From the IMG/VR virus record IMGVR_UViG_2700989507_000003: a stretch of 8,771 nucleotides of DNA, one strand, 5' to 3'. The notes beneath the pieces were generated by a model. The model saw nothing but the letters and a program-made list of their open reading frames with translations. It did not search any database and was not told where the DNA came from. Below, one piece after another: positions 1 to 8,320 of this stretch. The position numbers and the translations under genes were made by a program. Numbering within the stretch: the stretch's first letter is position 1; each line of letters begins with the position of its first letter. Source of the DNA: a virus. Taxonomy: Duplodnaviria; Heunggongvirae; Uroviricota; Caudoviricetes.

Positions 1-2677
1 CCTTCAGCATGTACAGCGCAGCCAGGTCATCATTTGTGTCCTTCTGCACGCGCTGTATCTGCTGAATGGTGGCGCTCTGGTCTTCCAGCGTTTTACTGAC
101 CGTCTGTGTGATTTCATTGCGGGTTTCTGTGATGGTGGTCTGCATTTCCGCCATCTCGTCCTTCAGCTGACTGTTGTCAATCTCTGCCCACAGCGCCTCT
201 GCCAGATGCGTTTTTCCTATCTTTTCCCGGAAAAGTTCCAGATAGCCCGCAGCATCATTGCTCGCCCGTCCACTGGCTTCCACAAAAGCAGATTTACCCA
301 CCAGGTTGACGCTGCGCACATAAAACCAGAAATCCTTTCCGGGCTTAATGTGCGGACCGGAGACACTCCACTGACTGCCGGTCCCCAGATAACGGGCAGA
401 GGTTTCCACCTGTGCGGCGTCTGCAATTTTTGCCTCCGAAAACCAGAACTCAAACTGCACCGTCGGGTCATAAATGGTCAGTTTCGGGACTGCCGTTATC
501 TGAAAATACCCCGGCGTCAGTTCAACACCGGCAGGCGCTGCCGGTGCGTTAATCCGGAAGGTGGTGGTGGCCGGTTCGCCCTGCTGGCCATAACTGTTAA
601 TTGCCCTGACTGTCAGGGTGTATTCCCCGAGCGGCAGACCACTGAAACGATGCTCTGTATCCGCAGTGATGGCGGTGGTCACCAGACGGCTGTCTTCTCC
701 GCTTCCGCTGGTCAGGCGCAGACTGAAGCGCACACCCTTCACCACCCGCGGCGTGTCCCATTTCGCCTGTGCCAGATACTGACCGTCAGCCGCGCTCACC
801 TCCACCGTCAGGTGCTGCACTGCCGGTGGAATAACGCTGTTCAGGGTGCCTGACTGCGGCTCAAAGCTGGCCCCGTTATCCACGATGGCTTCTTTTTCCG
901 GTACGTGCTGCACCGCCGTGATGGCAAAGGTGCCGTCCGTGTTTTCCCGGATGGAGACACAGCGGAACAGGCGACGACGCAGTGACGGCAGGGAGAGTCC
1001 CCATACACCGTATGTCTCCACACCATCAGGCAGGGTGCTGACCTGTATCCGGTCCGGCGCGGGGTGTGCGGTGATGTCCACACTCACCGGCTTACCGCTG
1101 CCGTTAATCAGGTTCACCGTGGCGGCACCTGTCTCCGGCAGGGTCACCTCACGGTCCAGTGTCAGGGTGCGGCTGGCGGCATCGATGGACAGGATACGTC
1201 CGCCGGTCAGGGTCCCGGCATAGTCGTTATCACAGATTTCAATAATGTCACCGGGTGTGTGACGCAGCCCCTGTGACCCGAGCGTGAAATCCACCGTCTG
1301 CGTTTCCAGCAGTCCGGTCTTTATCACCCACAGCCCGGCACGGTGGGCCTGACCGCGACTGGTGCAGCCGAACGCATCCATCTTCAGCAGGTTGCGCCCG
1401 TAGCGCAGTATGGCTTCCGGGTCTTCCACCAGTTCCGTGGAGGTCTGCCAGCCGTTCTGCGGGTCGGTGTAATTCACCTCCACCGCCGTGTGGCGGTCCT
1501 TCAGGGCGCTGAAGCTGTAGCGAAACCCCACGCCGTTATCATCCACCACCACATCGCAGTTGGTGTACGGCCACACCACATCCGACGGGCGGTCCTGAAC
1601 GAACGTCAGCGTCTGGCCGTTCCATACCGGCATACAGCGCATCGCCGAGCAGAAATCACTGAGAACGTCCCACGCCTTACGCTGTTGTGACAGGTACGCA
1701 TTAAAGGTCATCCGCGGCTCTGTCCCTCCGAAGCCGTCCGGGACACGCTGGTCACAGTACTGCCCGATGGCATACAGCGCCCACTTGTCCACATCCGCGG
1801 CCCCCAGGCGTTTTCCCATGCCGTAGCGCGGGTGAGTCAGCATGTCCCACAGGCACCAGGCCGGGTTGTTGCTGTATGCCGGTTTCAGGCTGCCGTCCCA
1901 GATGCCGCTGTACGTGCGTTTTTCCGGGTCATAGTTTGACGGTACCTGAATGATGCGACCGCGGATATGGTAGTTCACCGTCATCTGCTGACCGCCAAAC
2001 TGCTCCGCATCCACCTGCAGCCCCACAATCGCCGTGTTCGGGTAGCACTGTTTCACATCGATGATTTCGGTGTATGACGACCAGAGCGTCTTATTCTGCA
2101 GCTGGTCCGTGGTGCTGTCCGCCGTCTCCCTGACCATCCGGATGTTAAAGGGGCGGGGAGGCAGATTATCCAGAATCACCGACGCCAGGTACTGTGAGGT
2201 GGTCTTGCCGTTAATGGTGACATCCTTTTCCGTCACCCAGTTACCGTTACGCTGCAACTGAATCAGCAGTCGGACAGAAGAGGGATTACGGTCGCCCTTT
2301 GAGGTGGTCTCCAACAGTGACTGCACCCCGAAGGTGACCCGCAGGCGGTCAATGTTCGCGGACGTAATGGTGCGCGTCACCGGCTTTGCTTTCGTCACTT
2401 CCACGCCCAGTGCGGTTTCCGCCCCGGAGGACTCAAAGCCTTCAGGTGGTGTCTGCTCCTGCTCCCCGGCGCGCCAGACCGCTGTCACACCATGTATCAC
2501 AGGATTACCGTCCGTGTCCGTCAGCGGGGTTTTGTTCACCAGAATACTCTGCAGCCCCTTCACCGGACCTTCAATCGGCCCTTCACCAATCGCATCAATC
2601 ACGCTCATCATCTGCGTGGACTTAAGATTGTCCTTTGCCTCAACCGGCGTGTGCGCCTTGCCGCCACCTTTGCCCAT
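1..2677 (-). CDS. J: Host-specificity / central tail fibre protein J, 5' portion (about 892 codons); 3' end lies beyond the window start
   Basis: ATG at 2677..2675 preceded by AAAGGGTGAGACA. Hand translation gives [39 protein letters not shown] at the N-terminus, [19 protein letters not shown] around 1800-1860, and [19 protein letters not shown] at the window edge, all in the same phase. The ORF track shows no stop-terminated minus ORF in this phase, consistent with an open frame running off the window. The N-terminal two thirds match my recollection of lambda gpJ, and the gene sits immediately downstream of I. Confidence 0.9.
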   Translation of the reverse strand, partial: MGKGGGKAHTPVEAKDNLKSTQMMSVIDAIGEGPIEGPVKGLQSILVNKTPLTDTDGNPVIHGVTAVWRAGEQEQTPPEGFESSGAETALGVEVTKAKPVTRTITSANIDRLRVTFGVQSLLETTSKGDRNPSSVRLLIQLQRNGNWVTEKDVTINGKTTSQYLASVILDNLPPRPFNIRMVRETADSTTDQLQNKTLWSSYTEIIDVKQCYPNTAIVGLQVDAEQFGGQQMTVNYHIRGRIIQVPSNYDPEKRTYSGIWDGSLKPAYSNNPAWCLWDMLTHPRYGMGKRLGAADVDKWALYAIGQYCDQRVPDGFGGTEPRMTFNAYLSQQRKAWDVLSDFCSAMRCMPVWNGQTLTFVQDRPSDVVWPYTNCDVVVDDNGVGFRYSFSALKDRHTAVEVNYTDPQNGWQTSTELVEDPEAILRYGRNLLKMDAFGCTSRGQAHRAGLWVIKTGLLETQTVDFTLGSQGLRHTPGDIIEICDNDYAGTLTGGRILSIDAASRTLTLDREVTLPETGAATVNLINGSGKPVSVDITAHPAPDRIQVSTLPDGVETYGVWGLSLPSLRRRLFRCVSIRENTDGTFAITAVQHVPEKEAIVDNGASFEPQSGTLNSVIPPAVQHLTVEVSAADGQYLAQAKWDTPRVVKGVRFSLRLTSGSGEDSRLVTTAITADTEHRFSGLPLGEYTLTVRAINSYGQQGEPATTTFRINAPAAPAGVELTPGYFQITAVPKLTIYDPTVQFEFWFSEAKIADAAQVETSARYLGTGSQWSVSGPHIKPGKDFWFYVRSVNLVGKSAFVEASGRASNDAAGYLELFREKIGKTHLAEALWAEIDNSQLKDEMAEMQTTITETRNEITQTVSKTLEDQSATIQQIQRVQKDTNDDLAALYMLK

Positions 2678-2710
2678 TGTCTCACCCTTTACTGTGATCA
2701 CTGTTACGCA

Positions 2711-2742
2711 CAAAAACAACAGGCATCCCGGAGGATGCCTGT
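2711..2742 (-). terminator. Intrinsic-terminator-like hairpin on the operon strand, about 35 nt upstream of the J start
   Basis: Perfect 10-bp inverted repeat ACAGGCATCC / GGATGCCTGT (2719-2728 and 2733-2742) with a 4-nt loop. On the minus strand it is followed by TGTTTTTGTG (2718..2709), and on the plus strand it is preceded by an A-tract. Read directly from the sequence; function not demonstrated. Confidence 0.4.
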
Positions 2743-2876
2743 ATCATGACTGAATAAAAATTCTGAATATCTTCACATTTTCTGTACGCCCCCGTGGCAG
2801 ATATCATTCCCGGGCGTTACAGTTTTTTCGGGCCAATAAAAACAAAACTCCCTGTGGTTAATCTTCATTTTCTGTT

Positions 2877-2907
2877 CCCGCAGCCTTCGGTCACTGCGGG
2901 ATTTTTT
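2877..2907 (+). terminator. Intrinsic-terminator-like hairpin oriented on the plus strand (antisense to the tail operon), abutting the I stop codon
   Basis: 7-bp stem CCCGCAG (2877-2883) / CTGCGGG (2894-2900) with a 10-nt loop, followed on the plus strand by A then TTTTTT CGC TTTT (2901-2914). On the minus strand the hairpin is followed by AACAGAAAATG, so it is not terminator-like in the operon direction. Confidence 0.4.
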
Positions 2908-2912
2908 CGCTT

Positions 2913-3593
2913 TTATGCCTGCCGCCCGATAACCACCACCTTCCCGTCACCGCCTTCATCACGGGTACTGATGTCCTGGGAGATTCGCCGTGAGCCAACC
3001 AGCATTTCACCGTAAGGCACCGGCATCGGGTTCCCCTGTGCAATCATGTTATCCAGCGAGGAAAAGTACGTGTTCTGTCTGCCGTTATCCGTGCTTTTGT
3101 ACTCCGGTACTTTAGCCTTCGGGGCCAGCATCTGAGCCACACCACCCAGTATCATGCTGGCCCCCAGTGAAAACAGCATCGTGGTGGCAGAAAAACCACC
3201 GGCTGCCAGGGCTGAACCCCATAACGCCATCGTTGCGCCGGCGGTGAAGAAAGAGCCCACGATGGCTGCCGCCCCCAGCACAATCTGCAGTCCACCCTTT
3301 CCGGCCCCGGCCAGTCGCGGCACAATGTGGATGACCGTTCCCTCACCCAGCTGTTCGTGAAGACGGGCGTACACCGCCTCCGGTGCCGTGTCATCACCGG
3401 CAATACGTATCTGGTACCAGCCTTCGTTCATCTGACGGCGGAATCCGGGCACCTGTAACGACAGCGCCCGGATGGCTTCCGCTGCCGTGTTCACATACAG
3501 GCTGAGGCGGCGGCCAAATCGTTGTAAATCCCCGTGAAGGCAGATGCGTGCCAGTGGCGGTGACGCCAGACAGAATGCGTTCGTCGTTGCCAT
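2913..3593 (-). CDS. I: Tail assembly protein I (226 aa)
   Basis: ORF-track ORF 2913..3593(-). Protein MATTNAFCLASPPLARICLHGDLQRFGRR...QNTYFSSLDNMIAQGN...VVVIGRQA matches my recollection of lambda gpI (223 aa) along its length. Start lies inside the 3' end of K (103-nt overlap), similar to the K/I overlap in lambda. Stop TAA at 2915..2913. Confidence 0.9.
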   Translation of the reverse strand: MATTNAFCLASPPLARICLHGDLQRFGRRLSLYVNTAAEAIRALSLQVPGFRRQMNEGWYQIRIAGDDTAPEAVYARLHEQLGEGTVIHIVPRLAGAGKGGLQIVLGAAAIVGSFFTAGATMALWGSALAAGGFSATTMLFSLGASMILGGVAQMLAPKAKVPEYKSTDNGRQNTYFSSLDNMIAQGNPMPVPYGEMLVGSRRISQDISTRDEGGDGKVVVIGRQA

Positions 3594-4234
3594 TTTTCGG
3601 AATACCTCTCCCGTTTACTCAGTTGTTCAGGCAGATGGTGAAGCAGTTCACCGTTGCCGCAGTAAATGGCGGCATGATTGGCCACCGATGCGCCAAAGCA
3701 GCACAGCAGGATATCGCCCGCCTGTGCAGAGGACAGGGGCACCCGGTAAAAGCCGGTGACCGCCATATTGTCCAGATACAGGTTCTGACCATTGCGCCAC
3801 CACTCATCCTCGCGGTGAAAATCCGGCAGCGTTATCCCCGCCAGATGGCAGGCATCCCTGAACAGCGTGTAACAGTCCGTCACCCCGTGTTCAAAACGAC
3901 GCCCGGTCAGGTGCGGCACACAGCGGAATTTATGAATGTCCCCCCGGCAGACCAGCCACCAGGGCAGGGCACTTTTTATCTGCAGCCGCCGGTCGGCCTC
4001 GCTCAGCCAGGGCAGGCCACCGGGATGGCTGTGGACCAGTGCCACAATCTCCCCCTGCATCTCTGCCCGCAGCCAGTCTTCCGGGGCAATACGAAAATAT
4101 GCCTCAGGCTCTGCAGAGATATTCACGCACGGCTGGTACCGGTCACCCTCCGGCGTGCTTATCACGAAGCCGCAAGACTCCGCAGGCGCACACCGCCGGG
4201 CATGCGCCAGAATCGCTGATTCTGTCTCTGTCAT
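3491..4234 (-). CDS. K: Tail tip assembly protein K (247 aa from ATG 4234) with JAMM/MPN-like and NlpC/P60-like motifs
   Basis: The ORF track gives 3491..4489 (332 aa), but the first 85 codons overlap L in another frame. ATG at 4234..4232 lies 4 nt after the L stop (TAA 4241..4239) and yields MTETESAILAHARRCA..., matching the gpK N-terminus as I recall it. HSHPGGLPWLSEAD fits the JAMM pattern H-x-H-x7-S-x2-D; a Cys in GVTDCYTLF and downstream His residues fit an NlpC/P60-type C-terminal half. Confidence 0.85.
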   Translation of the reverse strand: MTETESAILAHARRCAPAESCGFVISTPEGDRYQPCVNISAEPEAYFRIAPEDWLRAEMQGEIVALVHSHPGGLPWLSEADRRLQIKSALPWWLVCRGDIHKFRCVPHLTGRRFEHGVTDCYTLFRDACHLAGITLPDFHREDEWWRNGQNLYLDNMAVTGFYRVPLSSAQAGDILLCCFGASVANHAAIYCGNGELLHHLPEQLSKRERYSEKWQRRTHSVWRHRHWHASAFTGIYNDLAAASACM

Positions 4235-4238
4235 GGAT

Positions 4239-4937
4239 TTACTGCGAAAGTTTATTAATGGAAAGGAAACCGCCAAAATTAGCCACCATGCCGCGCATCT
4301 CACACCCGCGCATGCACTTGCTGCATCTGTCCTTACGGATATCCGTGGTGGGGTTGTCGAACTCATCCGCCACCGCAGGACCGTTATACCCGCATTCATC
4401 TCCCCGGTAATCCCACATACAGGTGTTCGCCAGCATGATGCGACCGGGAAACAGCGCCCCATCCGTCTCGGTCGGTGTAGCCAGCACAAACGAGGCCGTC
4501 ATGGCTGTCAGCTGCGACATCTGCTCCACCACCCAGCGGTCACTCAGCTCCTGCTCCGGGTCCGCCTCCGGATTGCCCGCAACGAAATTCACCGCATCCA
4601 GAAAACGGGCATACACCCGGCGGCGGACCACCGTGGCCCCCACCAGACTCTGCAGGTCCTCCGCCATCCCGGTGACAAGGCCAAACAGATTGGACACCGT
4701 CAGCGACGGGCGGGCACTGCTGCCCTTTCCGTTCATCTCAAAGCCGCTGCCCTCAATCGGGTACGCCTGATATTCACGCCCCTGCCAGGTCACCGGCTCC
4801 CCTTTTTCATTCAGCTCATTGCAGAAAAAATACCGCTCACCGCCCTGCGCCGTCAGGTCGATTTCCCAGAGTACCACCCGCGGTGACTGCTCTGATTTAA
4901 CCGACTCGTTCAGACTTTCTTCGTGAATATCCTGCAT
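4239..4937 (-). CDS. L: Minor tail (tail tip) protein L (232 aa)
   Basis: ORF-track ORF 4239..4937(-). MQDIHEESLNESVKSEQSPRVVLWEIDLTAQGGERYFFCNE... is the same length as lambda gpL and closely similar as I recall it. The start ATG overlaps the M stop as ATGA (4939..4935). C-terminal Cys cluster C173, C182, C205, C208, C212. Confidence 0.92.
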   Translation of the reverse strand: MQDIHEESLNESVKSEQSPRVVLWEIDLTAQGGERYFFCNELNEKGEPVTWQGREYQAYPIEGSGFEMNGKGSSARPSLTVSNLFGLVTGMAEDLQSLVGATVVRRRVYARFLDAVNFVAGNPEADPEQELSDRWVVEQMSQLTAMTASFVLATPTETDGALFPGRIMLANTCMWDYRGDECGYNGPAVADEFDNPTTDIRKDRCSKCMRGCEMRGMVANFGGFLSINKLSQ

Positions 4938-5266
4938 CAGTTCACCACCTGCTTAAACTCCGCGCTGAACTCAACGCGCAACATCCCGACCCGCGCAGAC
5001 CACCCGGCACAGGTCACCTTTATCTGCCGGTATGCATAGGGTGGCTTCCACAAAAATGCCTTCCAGCCCCCGTGCTCTGCCAGAAACGCTTCCAGATGCC
5101 GGGCCTCCTCCCGGGTCACGGAAAGCGTCACCCGGTATGTTTTCAGGTCAGCATTCAGCCCTGCCGCCATACGCTGTGAGTACCCGTCACCAAAACGCAC
5201 TTCACGCACCGATGGCTGTGAGTTCACCTCCATATCCGGCTTCACTTTCCAGCGAAAGGTTTTCAT
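4937..5266 (-). CDS. M: Minor tail protein M (109 aa)
   Basis: ORF-track ORF 4937..5266(-). MKTFRWKVKPDMEVNSQPSVREVRFGDGYSQR...RVEFSAEFKQVVN has the same length as lambda gpM and near-identical termini as I recall them. The start ATG overlaps the H stop as ATGA (5266..5263). Confidence 0.92.
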   Translation of the reverse strand: MKTFRWKVKPDMEVNSQPSVREVRFGDGYSQRMAAGLNADLKTYRVTLSVTREEARHLEAFLAEHGGWKAFLWKPPYAYRQIKVTCAGWSARVGMLRVEFSAEFKQVVN

Positions 5267-7875
5267 CGCCCGCTCCCTGATAACATACCGCCATCACGCA
5301 ACTGCAGCCGGAGCTCATCCTGCGCCCCCTTGCGGGCCATGTCATACACCGCCTTCATCAGCTGCGGCCCCGCCTGTCCGTTGGTGCCGTCGTTCTGAAT
5401 CACCACGTGATTGTTCTGATTAAAATTAATGCCTTCCGTCCGCCGCATCTGCGCCGGACTTCCGGCACCGCCCACATAACCACCTTCCGCATAGCCGCGC
5501 ATCAGACGGTAAAGATTCCCCACACCTATCCGGCTGGTTGCCTCTTTCGTGAAAACAAACTCCCCGCGGTGAACTATCCCCGCAGGCTCATATTTGCCGC
5601 CCGTCCCCGTAAATCCTCCGGTCGCGAAATGGAAGTTCGCCGCCGCAGCCTCAATGGCCGTCCCCGAGGAAGCAGATGCACCACCACCGAAAGCACCGCC
5701 AATGGCGCTGCCGATACGCCCGACAATGCCCACCATGGCCTGTTTAAGCAGGATTTCTGTCATCATGGACAGCACAGAACGGGTGAATCCCCGCCAGTCT
5801 GCCTCTGCACCGGTCAGCATCGCCGCCATATTCTGTGCAATACCGTCAAAGGTCTGCGTGGCAGCACTTTTAACCTGCGAAAAACTGTCCGTCGCACTTT
5901 CCGCCCACTCGCCCCAGCCGGACTTCAGCCCGGCCATCCAGCTTCCACGAAGCTGCTCCTCCGCAGACCAGGTGTTCTTCAGTGCCGATGTGGCCTTCGC
6001 CAGCGCAGCCGGATTATCACCGTACACGTCCCGAAGACGCTGCGCTTCAGACTCCCGCTGCGCCTGACGGTCAGTGAGACCGCGGGCTTTTGCGCTGATG
6101 GCGGCCTGCTTCGAGCTCTGCTGCTCTTCAAACCGCACCGCCTGCTGTGCCAGCTCATTCAGGCGTTTCTGGTATTCAACCTTGTCGCCCAGCTCAGCCA
6201 GCTGGCGTTTGTACTCCAGCGTCTCGTCTTTATGCGCCAGCAGGGATTTTTCCTGCTCAGATAACTGTCGTTTCGTGGCAGCCTCTTTCAGGACCGCATA
6301 CTGACTTTCCGCCTTCCATAAATCACGGCGCTGCCGGCTGATTTTCTCATTCGCACCGCTGTGTTTTTCCAGCGTCCTGAGCTCAGCTTCAAGGGCAAGC
6401 AGAGCCTCTCTTGCCTGCTCCTCTTCCCTCTCCCCGGCAGAGCGCGTTTTCGGTGATGTATGCTTTTTACCTGTCAGCTCTTCAGCCAGACGGCTGACGG
6501 CTTCCTGCTGCCCTGGACCTTTGCTGACGCCTGTTGCACGCGAGCGGTTGATGTACCCTATTTCCCCCTGGCGTATACGCGCATCCCGTTCCGCAATGGA
6601 TTTTCTCAGCGCCAGTTCATCGCGTTTTGTTTTCTCAATAAATACGCGGTTCTCTTCTGCCAGTTCACCAAACAACGCACCAACGCCGGGCACATTCTTT
6701 GTCGTTTCCCAGGCTGACTGAATAAATTCAGCCAGCGCCAGATCCCCCTGCACAAGCAGCAGCTTCACTTGTTCAACGGTTCCGGCCACCACGTCAGTGA
6801 TCAGACTGAGTGCCCCCAGTGTATGATCACCTATCCATGCCCATGCGTCAGAAGTCCAGGTTTTAACATCGTCCCAGATTTTTTCCACCGGCGTGGCCGC
6901 TTTATCAAGTTGCTCCAGACGTGCATTCATGACATCCGCAAACAGGGACATCGCCTCCGTCACCGCAGCCTGTTTACCTTTCGTGCGCTCAAGCTCATCA
7001 ATATGGCGTAACTGGGAAACGCTCAGGAAGTTATACTGCTGATTCAGGGAGGCCAGCGCCTTCACCGGATCTGCTGCAATCCCTTCAAAGGCTTTTTCCA
7101 CCTTCCCGGCATCGTCCCCCACCGTCTGCAGCCATCTCTGAGAGGTTTCCCCCATGATCCGTAGCTGCCCGGCGGTATATTTCCCGCTTTCTGCCAGACG
7201 GGCCAGATTTTCTGCCGCCTGTCTGATACCACCACCGGCTTCATCGCTGATCACCCCGGCCATTTTCCACAATTCTGCCGTTGTGGTGGCAGCCGCCCCT
7301 CCGGTCAGGATCAGTGAACGCAATAAGGCCCGGTCAGCCTGCTCTGCCTGCCAGGCGGCGGCAGCAAGCGCGGCCAGTACGGCAACCCCGCCACCTGCCG
7401 CCACACGGGCCACCGACATAAATCGTCCCAGCTCACCGGCATTCCGGGCATTTTCAGCCAGTGCATTTGCCGTATCTGACAGCGACTCCTCTGATGATTC
7501 AGAGGCATCCCTGATCCCGAGAAGTTCCTCCTTCAGCAGGGTAAGCAGGCTGAGCGGTCCACCGAATGAATCGCTGATCTGCCCCCCCTGCTGCAGCATG
7601 ATAAGGAAGGGATTCTGACCACCGGCAAGCTGAGTGACAATATCCGTGAACTGTGCGGGCAGTGTGCGCATGGCAGCCTTATACTGTCCGACTGATATCC
7701 CGGCTTTTTGTGCCGCCAGCGCCTGTCGGCTCAGCCCCTGTTCAACAGTACTGGCGGTTTTTCTGGCATCCGCCTCCAGACTGGAAAAATGACGGCGTAC
7801 CCGGGCCATCTGTTCATCAAACCGGGCCGCATCCAGACTCAAATCAATAACCAGATCACCCGCTGGCTGGGACAT
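5263..7875 (-). CDS. H: Tail tape measure protein H (870 aa)
   Basis: ORF-track ORF 5263..7875(-). N-terminus MSQPAGDLVIDLSLDAARFDEQMARVRRHFSS... and the C-terminal third (...LEAELRTLEKHSGANEKISRQRRDLWKAESQ...FHFATGGFTGTGGKYEPAGIVHRGEFVFTKEATSRIGVGNLYRLMRGYA...) resemble lambda gpH as I recall it; the central region is Ala/Gly/Glu-rich and helical in character. GGAGG lies 8 nt upstream of the ATG (7888..7884). The start overlaps the T stop by 20 nt. Confidence 0.93.
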   Translation of the reverse strand: MSQPAGDLVIDLSLDAARFDEQMARVRRHFSSLEADARKTASTVEQGLSRQALAAQKAGISVGQYKAAMRTLPAQFTDIVTQLAGGQNPFLIMLQQGGQISDSFGGPLSLLTLLKEELLGIRDASESSEESLSDTANALAENARNAGELGRFMSVARVAAGGGVAVLAALAAAAWQAEQADRALLRSLILTGGAAATTTAELWKMAGVISDEAGGGIRQAAENLARLAESGKYTAGQLRIMGETSQRWLQTVGDDAGKVEKAFEGIAADPVKALASLNQQYNFLSVSQLRHIDELERTKGKQAAVTEAMSLFADVMNARLEQLDKAATPVEKIWDDVKTWTSDAWAWIGDHTLGALSLITDVVAGTVEQVKLLLVQGDLALAEFIQSAWETTKNVPGVGALFGELAEENRVFIEKTKRDELALRKSIAERDARIRQGEIGYINRSRATGVSKGPGQQEAVSRLAEELTGKKHTSPKTRSAGEREEEQAREALLALEAELRTLEKHSGANEKISRQRRDLWKAESQYAVLKEAATKRQLSEQEKSLLAHKDETLEYKRQLAELGDKVEYQKRLNELAQQAVRFEEQQSSKQAAISAKARGLTDRQAQRESEAQRLRDVYGDNPAALAKATSALKNTWSAEEQLRGSWMAGLKSGWGEWAESATDSFSQVKSAATQTFDGIAQNMAAMLTGAEADWRGFTRSVLSMMTEILLKQAMVGIVGRIGSAIGGAFGGGASASSGTAIEAAAANFHFATGGFTGTGGKYEPAGIVHRGEFVFTKEATSRIGVGNLYRLMRGYAEGGYVGGAGSPAQMRRTEGINFNQNNHVVIQNDGTNGQAGPQLMKAVYDMARKGAQDELRLQLRDGGMLSGSGR

Positions 7876-8320
7876 ATCTCACACCTCCGGAAATCCCCGC
7901 TGAAGCCATCATTAATGCAACATCATCCTCGCTGACATCCACCACATCCGCAGAAGGTGAAATATCGCGCCCTCCGTCCCCTCCGAACCGGACGCCTCCG
8001 GCAACTCCTGTCGCTTTCTGCATCAGCATTTCTTCCTCGTCCGGCATCTCCGTCTGCTCTTCCTCACACGCTGGAGCAAGCAGACTGAAATCCGCCGGAT
8101 GCATATCCGGATCGCCAAAAAACAGGCTGAGTACGGCGTACATCAGCCCGGAAAAATGAGCGTCCAGTTGGGTATCCTGAAAATAATGCGTGCAGTAAAA
8201 ACGTCGCCAGTCGGCATATTCGGTGGATGTCATCCCGGCAAGCATGGCGCGCCAGTCGGGTCTCCCCATCTCTCGCGCCAGTTTCAGGACAAAGTTCAGC
8301 TCGCCTTCGAATGCTTTTTT
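7856..8320 (-). CDS. T: T segment of the tail assembly chaperone G-T fusion, read in the -1 frame from the slippery site; predicted fusion is G residues 1-135 + AFEGELNFVLKLARE + the 137-aa T ORF, about 287 aa
   Basis: The -1 frame relative to G is open from 8332 (in-frame TGA at 8335..8333) to the stop at 7858..7856. It contains ORF-track ORF 7856..8269 (MGRPDWRAMLAGMTSTEYADWRRFY...DPDMHPADFSLL...GGVRFG...), which resembles lambda gpT as I recall it. The ATG at 8269 has no convincing Shine-Dalgarno sequence, consistent with expression only as a G-T fusion as in lambda. Confidence 0.85.
   Translation of the reverse strand, partial: KKAFEGELNFVLKLAREMGRPDWRAMLAGMTSTEYADWRRFYCTHYFQDTQLDAHFSGLMYAVLSLFFGDPDMHPADFSLLAPACEEEQTEMPDEEEMLMQKATGVAGGVRFGGDGGRDISPSADVVDVSEDDVALMMASAGISGGVRYVPASG

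Noticed and set aside
206-2753. Plus-strand ORFs 206..853, 846..1223, 1343..1690 and 2304..2753, and minus-strand ORFs 217..471 and 841..1083
   Set aside because: All lie within J but antisense or out of phase. The J reading frame, checked at the N-terminus, mid-gene and the window edge, is continuous through the whole region.
2794-3015. 73-aa plus-strand ORF spanning the I-J spacer and running into I
   Set aside because: It starts at a non-ATG codon, reads through the plus-strand terminator-like hairpin and continues antisense into I, with no Shine-Dalgarno sequence.
3491-4489. ORF-track version of K (332 aa, start at 4489)
   Set aside because: The first 85 codons run through the 3' end of L in another frame and translate to implausible sequence. 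The gpK-like sequence begins at ATG 4234, 4 nt after the L stop.
3548-4886. Plus-strand ORFs 3548..4219 (223 aa), 3936..4886 (316 aa) and 4039..4410
   Set aside because: Antisense to K and L, whose minus-strand products are clearly recognisable. The plus-strand products are Arg/Pro-rich, artefact-like sequences.
5407-6264. 285-aa plus-strand ORF, with neighbouring plus-strand ORFs at 5594..6067, 6074..6304, 6460..6717 and 7154..7618
   Set aside because: All lie antisense to the tape measure gene H. Their products are low-complexity, Arg/Pro/Ser-rich and have no start-site signals; long antisense ORFs are expected opposite a GC-rich gene.
7856-8269. T as an independently translated gene from its own ATG at 8269
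   Set aside because: No convincing Shine-Dalgarno sequence precedes the ATG, the -1 frame is open upstream to the slippery site, and lambda gpT is made only as a G-T fusion.
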